A stretch of 64,000 nucleotides of DNA from an uncultured Acidobacteriota bacterium (GTDB lineage Bacteria > Acidobacteriota > UBA6911 > RPQK01 > JAPXNP01): the NCBI GenBank assembly GCA_963777605.1, contig CAVZRV010000013.1:64001-128000 (forward strand), given 5' to 3'. Of this stretch, positions 10,393 through 18,651 are shown in pieces. Position 1 is the stretch's first letter. Each line of letters starts with the position of its first letter. A program made the translations under genes and the position numbers. The notes under the pieces were generated by a model that was not told the DNA's origin, made no database searches, and saw only the letters and a list, made by a program, of their open reading frames with translations.

Positions 10393-11610
10393 ATGGACGT
10401 GACGTTGGAGTGCGCTGATTTTCTGAGGCGCCTGATCCGGACCCCAGGCCTGCCCGGGGAAGAGGGCAATGTGGCAGAAGTGGTCGCCGGAGAGATGACG
10501 CGGCTGGGTTTTGACACCGTGGACCGGGACGGCGCGGGGAACATCATCGGGTTGGTGCGGGGAAACGGCCCGTCAGAGCCGATCATGCTCAATACCCACC
10601 TGGACCACGTTGCGGCTGGCGAGGAGAGCGAGTGGCCCTATCCCCCATTCGAGGGATCGGTGTCGGATGGCCGGATTTGGGGCCGGGGAGCTGTTGACAT
10701 CAAGGGACCACTCGCGGCGCAGGTTTACGCCGTGGGTGAACTGGCGCGGGCGGGCCGGAGGCCTCCCGGAGACGTGTGGGTCACCACGGTCGTGATGGAG
10801 GAAATTGGGGGTTTGGGTGCGCGCTACCTGGCTCGAAACCTGTTCACCAAATGTGTAATTGTCGGAGAGCCGAGCCGGAATCGGCTGATGCGAGGACACC
10901 GGGGCCGGACCGAGTTGCTTCTGACCGTCACGGGAAGGAGCGTTCACGCGAGCATTCCCGATCACGGAGTGAATCCGCTTGAAGTGACCGCGTCCTTCAT
11001 CTCGGCGATACCGGGACTCCCGCACCTGGTCGATGCCGAACTCGGACCGAGCAGTGTGGCCCCGACACTTTTCCGGACCGACCAGTCGAGCCCAAATGTC
11101 ATTCCCGGGCGAGCCTGGCTGACCTGCGACTGGCGCAATGTCCCAGGAGAGACCGGGGAGAGTATTCGCAAGTTGCTTCAGGAACTCGCCAACCGCTGTC
11201 TGATCGAGGGCGCGCGTGCCGAAGTCACCATTCCAGGCAGTGAGTTGACAACCTACACCGGATACCGGGAGTTCTCCCATTCCTACCACCCGTCATTTTG
11301 TCTCGGTCCGGAGGATCCCTCCTTGAAGGCGGCTGAAGCGGTTGTTGCTCGTGTTTTGGAAAGGCCGGCGAAAGCCGGAGTCTGGAAGTTTGCCACTGAC
11401 GGTGGCCACTTCGCGGAAGCTGGCATGAAAGTTCTGGGCCTGGGTCCGGGTGAGGAAACCCTGGCGCACACTGTGCGGGAGTCGATCGGCCTGGACGAGC
11501 TCGAAGAAGGCCGCCGATTGTACCAGGCCCTGGTCTGCGACGAGGCGTTTCGGCGCACGCAAGCCGGGGGTATCGGAACGCGGAACGGCCGAGACACGGC
11601 CGCGGGGTAA
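10393..11610 (+). CDS. M20 family metallopeptidase/deacylase (ArgE/DapE/YgeY-like)
   Basis: NTHLDHV, GRGAVDIKG, MEE, VGEPS, ATDG, AHT. Confidence 0.88.
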   Translation: MDVTLECADFLRRLIRTPGLPGEEGNVAEVVAGEMTRLGFDTVDRDGAGNIIGLVRGNGPSEPIMLNTHLDHVAAGEESEWPYPPFEGSVSDGRIWGRGAVDIKGPLAAQVYAVGELARAGRRPPGDVWVTTVVMEEIGGLGARYLARNLFTKCVIVGEPSRNRLMRGHRGRTELLLTVTGRSVHASIPDHGVNPLEVTASFISAIPGLPHLVDAELGPSSVAPTLFRTDQSSPNVIPGRAWLTCDWRNVPGETGESIRKLLQELANRCLIEGARAEVTIPGSELTTYTGYREFSHSYHPSFCLGPEDPSLKAAEAVVARVLERPAKAGVWKFATDGGHFAEAGMKVLGLGPGEETLAHTVRESIGLDELEEGRRLYQALVCDEAFRRTQAGGIGTRNGRDTAAG

Positions 11611-11634
11611 GGAACGCGCCCCCGGGTGCCTGCC

Positions 11635-11696
11635 CTCCCGGCTGTCGGTTGCGCGGACGCAGGCCCGGTGAGGGCCTGGCCGACAGAGCCGGGGAG
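11635..11696. terminator. Long GC-rich hairpin between convergent genes (possible bidirectional terminator or REP)
   Basis: CTCCCGGCTGTCGG ... CCGACAGAGCCGGGGAG with inner CAGGCCC-GGTGA-GGGCCTG stem; no clear U-tract. Confidence 0.4.
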
Positions 11697-11766
11697 AAGC
11701 GGTTCCCCCAACCGAGATCCCTCGACAAATCAAGAATAAGAAATCGTAGATCGTACGTGTCCCACG

Positions 11767-13020
11767 TCACGGCTTCCAGGGGCTGATTTGCCCGCTTTCC
11801 ATCTCCACCATGGTTACCGGGCGCGTGTTTTGACCGGTCAGGTCCCAGACGATCGGTCCGGCCGCCCCGGACCAAGAGAATTTGGCCCGCAGCGTGTCTC
11901 CAATCCGGGCCCGGTTGGCACCGGCTTCTCGCACGGCTTCTCCCAGGAGTTCGATGGCGTCGTAGGTCTGGGCGGCAGCGAAGTCCGCGGGGTGTCCGGT
12001 TTCTGACCGGAAACGCTTCGAAAACTCTTCCAGGGCTCCAAGGTCGGCCGGGAGGGGGAATATGAAGCGGTTGGACAGCCCCGCCGCCGCTTCGTGGAAG
12101 GATCGGCGGCCCATCGCCGAAGAGCCGTAAACAGGTCCGGAATAGATCGGCGCCAGGTGGCGCGCAACCTGCGCCGAAACCTGCGGATCCGCCAGGATCA
12201 CCAGGGTGGGCCGGACCGAGCCGGCGAGGAGTTGACGATTGAGGTTGGAGAGTTCGGTCTCGTCGCCTGTGGTGACGTTCAGGTGGTAGTGAAGCGCGCT
12301 CTCCCGCTTCGAGAGCGCTTCGAGGAATTCAGTCGTCACGGCGCGGGAGTCATGGTCGGTGGCGGAGATCAGGACGATGGTGTCGGTATGGCCGTTCTTC
12401 TCCAGCGTTTCGAGGAGCAACTCCATCTGGAGGTCATCGCCCGGCAGGCAGGAAAAGATCCACGGAACGTGGGCCATGTTGGCCGACCGGTCGGTCGATC
12501 CCGGGTTGAGCAGGGGCAGGCGGGCTTTGGCGACGATCTGCTCGGCCAGGTGCGCGGTAGGCCCGTCTACGCCGCCGATGATGGCCTGGATTCCGTCGTT
12601 GTAAACCATCCGCGCGATCTGCCCGACACCGCTGCCCCAGGGATTCTCCGACCACGCGGGAAGGAGTCGGAAGGGCAGCCCCCGGTAGCCGCCTCGAGCG
12701 TTGAGGTCGTCGATGGCCATTTGGGCAGCGGTCCAGGAATCACCATACAGTGGGTGATCGGGATCGGACGGCCCGAAGTAACCGATGCGGATCTCCGTAA
12801 GGCCCGGCGGGTCGATGTCATCCCGCCCGGGGCCATTGTAGTGGTGCAGGCTTGTTCGGCCGTCGAAGAACGGGCCCTCGGCCTGTCCAGCCAGAGCCGG
12901 TCGAATCAGGCAGCACAGCCCGGCCAAAACAACCAGGGCTCGGCAAATCTGGAGCCGGCTCGCCTGCCAATCGGACGGAGGGTTCGATTGGCGAACCCTC
13001 CGGCACCGGTCAGCGGTCAA
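11767..13020 (-). CDS. Periplasmic binding protein, type 1 (LivJ/LIVBP-like), last gene of the HZS-like operon
   Basis: Signal-peptide-like stretch, IRIGYFGP, AIDDLNARGG, AIIGG, AAQTYDA, GAAGPIVWD. Start codon uncertain. Confidence 0.85.
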   Translation of the reverse strand: MTADRCRRVRQSNPPSDWQASRLQICRALVVLAGLCCLIRPALAGQAEGPFFDGRTSLHHYNGPGRDDIDPPGLTEIRIGYFGPSDPDHPLYGDSWTAAQMAIDDLNARGGYRGLPFRLLPAWSENPWGSGVGQIARMVYNDGIQAIIGGVDGPTAHLAEQIVAKARLPLLNPGSTDRSANMAHVPWIFSCLPGDDLQMELLLETLEKNGHTDTIVLISATDHDSRAVTTEFLEALSKRESALHYHLNVTTGDETELSNLNRQLLAGSVRPTLVILADPQVSAQVARHLAPIYSGPVYGSSAMGRRSFHEAAAGLSNRFIFPLPADLGALEEFSKRFRSETGHPADFAAAQTYDAIELLGEAVREAGANRARIGDTLRAKFSWSGAAGPIVWDLTGQNTRPVTMVEMESGQISPWKP

Positions 13021-13032
13021 TGGCAGGCCGCT

Positions 13033-14497
13033 TCACGGCTGACCCGGTCCCGTTCCGGGACGATATCCTTGGGGGATATCGAGGTCTTCCCGCGTGTAGT
13101 AGTGCCAGGCGCCGTCCTTGAAGTGCGCCATGGCGACCGTCCCGACGTCATCCAGTGCCGCACTGAGGGCGATCTGCCCCGTCACGCCCGGCCATGGCTT
13201 GGACCTGTAGGCCAGCACGTCACGAACTTTGGCCCGATTCAATCCCGCCACCTGGACGGCCCAGATCAGCATATTCATTCCGTCGTAGGCGTGAGCCGCG
13301 TAAGTGTCCGCCTCGACACCGAAGCGTCTCCGGAAGATCTCCCGAAAAGCGGACAGCTTGGGATCTTTCCGGTCCGGGTTCCAGGGGTACATTGCCCAGA
13401 CTCCCTCGGCGTTCTGGCCGGCTATCTCGGTGAAAGTCGGGCGAGACGTGCCGGTCGGAGCCGAAGAACGGTTGCTTCATCCCCATCTTCCGCATCTGGT
13501 TGAGAATCATGGCCCCTTCCTGGGCATCTCCCCAGTGGACGATGGCGTCCGGATTGGTCGCCTTGAGGCGTTCCAGTTGAAGCGAGAAATCGGTGTCCCC
13601 GAGACGGTAGGCCATCTCCAGAACGACCGGCTTCTCCAGGCGCCGGCTGCCGTCCCGAACCTCGCGCACACCGAAGCGGCCGTACCGGTTGGAAGCCCGG
13701 ATGATCCCCACCCGTTGGTAGCCCATTTTTCGGTACAGGTAGTCCACCAAAAGGTAACCCATCTGCCGGTCGTCCCCGATACAGCGGAACACCCACGGGA
13801 TGTTCGTCTCGATAAAGGTCGGGTCGGTGTCGCCGGAGTTCATCATGGCAACCTCGGCCTTCAGAGCGACCCGGATCGCGATGTGGCTGTTGGCGCCGTC
13901 AATCGTGCCGAGAATCGCCCAAACCTTGTCGTTGTAAGCCATTTTGATGATCTCGTTGCCCGAGGCTCCCCACAGCCCGTTGTCGTTGGAGACGGCCAGT
14001 TCGAATGGAACCGACCGTTTCAGGTAGCCTCCCCGGGCATTGGCCTGTTCGATGGCCAGTCGGCTGCCCCGCATCATCTGGATTCCCAGGGGCTCTTCGT
14101 GGCTCTTGCCGCCGGTAGCGACCGAAACGGTGGACATTATGGGACCGATGAATCCGATCTTGACCGAATCGACATGCTCGGGTTCGGGGATCGCGCGCCC
14201 GGGTCCGGTGTACTCGATCTGAAGGAGGAAGTTCTCCTTGAAGGGTTTGACCCCGCTGAACGGTTCGACGTCGACGGCGGTTCCGGCGTAGTTCTCGTCC
14301 CGCTTCAGGTCAATTGGAGGAGTTTCATAGGCAGTGATGTTGTTGAGGATTTCCAGGACCTTGGCCACGGCCGGATCATCCACCGCGAAAGGAGGCAGGA
14401 GTTCATCCGGGGGCAGAATGTCCGGTCGTTTTGTCGCCTGGGCAAAGAGCCCGGACACGGTCAGGATGACGAAGAATACTCTGCAGACCAGTTTCAT
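13033..14497 (-). CDS. Periplasmic binding protein, type 1 (LivJ/LIVBP-like), +1 frameshift at ~13432
   Basis: Signal peptide, VKIGFIGP, AIEQANARGG, DTDFSLQL; C-terminus (AAHAYDG, GVTGQI) is in ORF 13033-13392. Confidence 0.85.
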
Positions 14498-14503
14498 GGC
14501 TAG

Positions 14504-15754
14504 TTACCTCCTCGCACTCGCCGGCCGGGCAGGAGATGTCGCTGCGGTCGGGGTCGTGGCGGCTGCGTCGGAGCCCTCCGGTTTGAGCCCGGCAAAGTAG
14601 TTCGTTCCGATCCCGTGGGCCAGGCCTTTCGACGTTCCGATCCAGACATCAGAACCGTCGAAATCTACTGCAAGCGTGTAGTTGTGGGGAATTCCGGTGG
14701 CGGTCTCAACCTCCTTCAGTACCTGTTTGTTGCGGGATACGATCGCCTTTCCCTTGTGGGTTTCCGGGTCCATCGTATAGGTGACCCACGTATCGGTATC
14801 AAAGTCGGTCACGGTCCCCACGCCCTTGTCGGTACAGAACCAGGCCTCCTGGGCGCTCCGCCCTTTGACGGCATTGATGAAGTCACTGGGAAGCCCGGTT
14901 TCCTGGTTGTAATAACCGCGCCAGTGTCGTCCGTCGTAGCGGCATCCCCCGAAGTAGGTCGAAACCCAGAGGATCTTGTCCACGTAGCTGACTCCGGTCG
15001 TGATGACGTGGACAATCCCGTCATCGCGATAGAGGTCGATCTCCATCTCACCGTCCGGGTCGAGGTAGTCTTTCCAGGTCCCGCGCGCGATGTCGTATTC
15101 GAGTACACCGCTTCCCCAGACACCGAGGTAGACAAGGCCGTCGTTGTAGGTGACACCGTAGTTCCAGATCTCCTCCATGGGCGCATTCTTCTCTGTAAAA
15201 ATGGCCCATTCGCCGGTAACGGTGTTGAATCGGCTCGCACCCGCGGTAGTCGCACACCAGACATTGTCGTGCTCGACGGCGACCCCGTAGACGACGTCGT
15301 TGACCAGTCCGCTGTTCAACTGGTGCCAGTGATCGAACCGGCCGGCGGTATAGCGCGCCAGGCCGCCGCCGAACAGGGCCAGCCAGACCTCCCCGGTCTT
15401 TGGGTTGACGGCGATCCAGGAGACCACCTTCCAGGGGAGACCATCCTCCATCGTCCAGGTCCGCTTGACCTTGCCGGCGACCTTGTCGATGAGGGCCAGG
15501 CCGTTCTCCGTGCCGACCCAAACGTCGTTGCCGTTGACGGTGACGGCGAAAATGTGGTCGTTTGGCAGCCCATCCTTGACCGTGAACTGCTGCCAGTCCC
15601 GGTAGATGTACGGCAGCGGTTCCTGCTCAGCCGCGGGCGGAACCAGCGCGGATTCAGCGAACGGCAGGGCCGGGATCGTAAACAGTATCGCCAGGACTGT
15701 CAGCAGAAAACGCGGGCATTCCTTGATGCTGACTGGGAATGATTGTCTGCTCAT
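14504..15754 (-). CDS. Secreted beta-propeller protein (two-component regulator propeller / ligand-binding sensor repeats) with no kinase domain
   Basis: Repeats DGLPNDHI..VWVGTENGL, DGLPWKVV..VWL, SGLVNDVV..VWCAT, TGLPSDFI..AWFCT, GIPHNYT..VWIGTSKGL. Confidence 0.85.
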   Translation of the reverse strand: MSRQSFPVSIKECPRFLLTVLAILFTIPALPFAESALVPPAAEQEPLPYIYRDWQQFTVKDGLPNDHIFAVTVNGNDVWVGTENGLALIDKVAGKVKRTWTMEDGLPWKVVSWIAVNPKTGEVWLALFGGGLARYTAGRFDHWHQLNSGLVNDVVYGVAVEHDNVWCATTAGASRFNTVTGEWAIFTEKNAPMEEIWNYGVTYNDGLVYLGVWGSGVLEYDIARGTWKDYLDPDGEMEIDLYRDDGIVHVITTGVSYVDKILWVSTYFGGCRYDGRHWRGYYNQETGLPSDFINAVKGRSAQEAWFCTDKGVGTVTDFDTDTWVTYTMDPETHKGKAIVSRNKQVLKEVETATGIPHNYTLAVDFDGSDVWIGTSKGLAHGIGTNYFAGLKPEGSDAAATTPTAATSPARPASARR

Positions 15755-15782
15755 AATTGAGTCCTCACCGATTCTTCTCGGA

Positions 15783-18635
15783 TCAGAACGTCTTGATGTA
15801 CTCAATCAGATCGTTCAGTTGATCCTTGGTCAGATCGTTCGTCACCCCATGCTTATCCTGGGGGTTGTGCACGGTCCAGATCTCCTCCAGCGTGGGTGCG
15901 ATCCCGTTGTGAAGGTAAGGCGCTGAGTCATAGATGTTGTTCAGATGGGGAACGTCAAAGAGCGCTTCCCGATCATAGGGCATCCGGGTTCCGACATCCA
16001 CCTGGGTTCGGTTCGTGTAGAGCGGAGGTGGATGACAGAAGACACACTGTCCGGTCTTGGGAATTTCCCGGCCGTCGCTGGTCATCGATCGCTCGAAGAC
16101 GGACTTGCCTCGTCGCTGGGCGGGAGTGAGTTCGGCTCCCAGAGGACGATAGCGGTTTGGTGGCCGCTGAATCATGGAAATGTAGAGATCCAATGCGGCC
16201 AGTTCGTCCGGGCTAAAAGGCTGGATTCGGGTGAAGAAGACAGCCAGGCGGGGACCGCATTGCCGCTGCAGGCTTGGGTTGGTACCTTCCCACTTGAACG
16301 GGGCGGTGTCCAGAATCCCGCGAAGCGTCCGGTTGTCCACGGGGCTCACGCCCACTCCATCCGGTTCGATGTCGTAAGTGACTCCGTCAACGTGGCCGTC
16401 CGGGTGGCAGGAGTGGCAGGAGAATTGGCGTCGGAAGGTGATTTTGGCATTGTGAAAGAGCTGTTCTCCCAAGCGTGCCTTGGTGATCTGCCTGGGTCCG
16501 CCAAGGTCCACGACTCCAGCTGGCTCGAGTCGCTTCATGTCGATAACCGTGAGGGAATCGTCCAGGCAATTGGCGACGAAAGCAGTGCTGCCGTCCGGCG
16601 TCACCCGAATTCCCCGCGGGCTCTTCCCGGTCGGGATCAGCTTCGCAATGAACTCGGTGGGCAGGCCCAGGTGATTGGGCAGAACGTTCTTGCGCTCTTC
16701 ATCGGATGCCGACTTGAGGATGCCGACCAGTTTGTTGAGATCGACCACCGCCACCCGGTCGAGGCTCGCGCTGGTCACCAGGGCATACTTTCCGTCCGGC
16801 GTGATCGTCAGGCCGGTGGGGTCGGGAAACGAGATGTCGGTCTGGTCGAGCAAGACCTGGTCCACGTGCCCGTCCTTCCAGGCGATCCCGATGCCGTTGG
16901 TGATGGTCCAGCCCTGGGTCAGCCTGGTCATGGGCACCAGGTTCTTGGTTCGGAGCATTACGAAGACGGCGTATTCCCCGCTCGGATGCCAGTCTACGCC
17001 GAGCAGGAGGTTCGTTCCCCGGGCGGTGTAGCGGTCGTCCACCTTCTCGGTCTTGGTATTGACCACGGTCAGTTCCGAGACACAGGGAGTCCGGAAGGGG
17101 ATAAACCGGGACAGGGCATTGGTCACGACGATCTGGCTGCCGTCGGGAGACAGGGACATCGCCCAGGGATACCGGCTTGCCGTCAGCCGGGACTTCTCGG
17201 TCAGTGAATCGCCATCCAGGATCGAGATGCTGTCCTCAGAGGAGTTGAGAACGTAAACGTCCCGGCCCATGCCGTCCATCTGGACGCCGTGTGGTTCGTC
17301 GCCGACGGGTACGGTGCGCAACACCTTCCGCGTCACCACATCGATCTCGCTCAAGCTGTCGTCGAGCCGGTTGGTGACGAGGACCCTCTTCCCGTCTGGG
17401 CTGAACGTCAGGTCATTGGGCTGGCCTCCGACCTGAATCTCGGCCACCTTCTGGCGCCTGGCGACATCCACAACGATGACCGAATCAGAGGTTTCGCAGG
17501 TGAGCCAGACTTCACGGCCGTTTGGAGAGACAACCAGGTTAAGAGGGTTCTTGTAGCGGATTTGCGCCACCGGTGCAGGGCGCTTTTTCGGGTGGGCGAT
17601 CGATTTCCACGCTGCTTCGTAGTCGAAGGATTTTCCGTGGGCATCGGCATGGCACTCCATGCACATGTCGCGATTGCCCAGTTTGAGGCCAGCCTCGCGG
17701 GCCGCCTCCTTGTCCAGCATGATGGCTTCGTGCTGGTAGTCGCTGCCGGGTCCATGGCACGACTCGCAGCCGACTCCCTCATCCAGGGTAAGCGACGGGA
17801 GAGCCTCGGACAGTTTTCCTCCGGTGGTGGCATGGCAGCGCAGGCACTTGGGGCTCTGTTGGGCTGGACCTTCGATCCCGGCCTGGCGAGCAATACCCTG
17901 GGCCGCCTCAGTGGCGAGGCGCCCATAGGCCTTGGCGTGCGGAGACATCTTCCAAATGCTGAATTGGTAACCCATCATGGCCGCGCGGTGGCACTGGGTG
18001 CAGGCCTGCACGCCGACGTAGTGAGGACCAGGGGTCGTTTCGTCCGCCGTCCCGGACAGGGCGGGCAGTTCCGTGAGTTCCGCCGAGTCCGGCGTCGGGT
18101 GAGCAATCCTGTTCCAGCCCTCGTCGATGTCCAGCTTGGGCAGGTTGTGGACTGCGACGTGCGATCCCTTCTCGTTGTGGCACATCTTGCAGTCGTTCTT
18201 GGTGATCTTCTTCAGCCCGGCCCGCATCGCGGCTGCGGGATCGCTCATGACCTCGGCGTCCATGTACTCGCTTCCGGGACCGTGACACTTTTCGCACTGG
18301 ACCCCGTCCTCGATGCGGAACCCGTCGTCATGTTCCCAGTCTTCGGCTTCCGCCCCGGTGGCATGGCATCCGAGACACACCGGTGACTCCTGCGGAACCT
18401 GGGGCACTCCGCTGAGGCGGGCAATTTCCAGGGCCTCCGACTTGGCCAGGACCGCGTAGGCCCGGCTGTGCTTGGTCATCAGCCACTTGCTGAACTGGTG
18501 GCCCATGGAAGGCCCGTCATGGCAGGTAGCGCAGGCCCGTGCCCCGACGTAGATGGGCTGGCGTTGCTGAGCCGCAGCGGAAACCAGAAGGCAGCTCATG
18601 CTCAGCAGGAATGGCAGCAGGGATTTGGAACGCAT
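15783..18635 (-). CDS. Decaheme fusion: tandem cytochrome c554-like domains + YVTN beta-propeller (hydrazine synthase beta-like) + diheme cytochrome c peroxidase-fold domain (hydrazine synthase gamma-like)
   Basis: Signal peptide MRSKSLLPF. Ten CxxCH: CATCH, CLGCH, CEKCH, CKMCH, CTQCH, CLRCH, CESCH, CMECH, CHSCH, CVFCH. Propeller repeats (VGGQP..FSPDGK). CCP-type motifs TAPFKWEG and VPHLNNIYDSAPYLHNG. Confidence 0.9.
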   Translation of the reverse strand: MRSKSLLPFLLSMSCLLVSAAAQQRQPIYVGARACATCHDGPSMGHQFSKWLMTKHSRAYAVLAKSEALEIARLSGVPQVPQESPVCLGCHATGAEAEDWEHDDGFRIEDGVQCEKCHGPGSEYMDAEVMSDPAAAMRAGLKKITKNDCKMCHNEKGSHVAVHNLPKLDIDEGWNRIAHPTPDSAELTELPALSGTADETTPGPHYVGVQACTQCHRAAMMGYQFSIWKMSPHAKAYGRLATEAAQGIARQAGIEGPAQQSPKCLRCHATTGGKLSEALPSLTLDEGVGCESCHGPGSDYQHEAIMLDKEAAREAGLKLGNRDMCMECHADAHGKSFDYEAAWKSIAHPKKRPAPVAQIRYKNPLNLVVSPNGREVWLTCETSDSVIVVDVARRQKVAEIQVGGQPNDLTFSPDGKRVLVTNRLDDSLSEIDVVTRKVLRTVPVGDEPHGVQMDGMGRDVYVLNSSEDSISILDGDSLTEKSRLTASRYPWAMSLSPDGSQIVVTNALSRFIPFRTPCVSELTVVNTKTEKVDDRYTARGTNLLLGVDWHPSGEYAVFVMLRTKNLVPMTRLTQGWTITNGIGIAWKDGHVDQVLLDQTDISFPDPTGLTITPDGKYALVTSASLDRVAVVDLNKLVGILKSASDEERKNVLPNHLGLPTEFIAKLIPTGKSPRGIRVTPDGSTAFVANCLDDSLTVIDMKRLEPAGVVDLGGPRQITKARLGEQLFHNAKITFRRQFSCHSCHPDGHVDGVTYDIEPDGVGVSPVDNRTLRGILDTAPFKWEGTNPSLQRQCGPRLAVFFTRIQPFSPDELAALDLYISMIQRPPNRYRPLGAELTPAQRRGKSVFERSMTSDGREIPKTGQCVFCHPPPLYTNRTQVDVGTRMPYDREALFDVPHLNNIYDSAPYLHNGIAPTLEEIWTVHNPQDKHGVTNDLTKDQLNDLIEYIKTF

Positions 18636-18651
18636 CAAGTCTGCTCTCCCT

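Noticed and set aside
11611-11766. Possible SRP RNA or other ncRNA
   Set aside because: A long hairpin is present but the SRP domain IV motif (CAGG..GGAA..AGCAG) is not; better explained as a terminator or REP.
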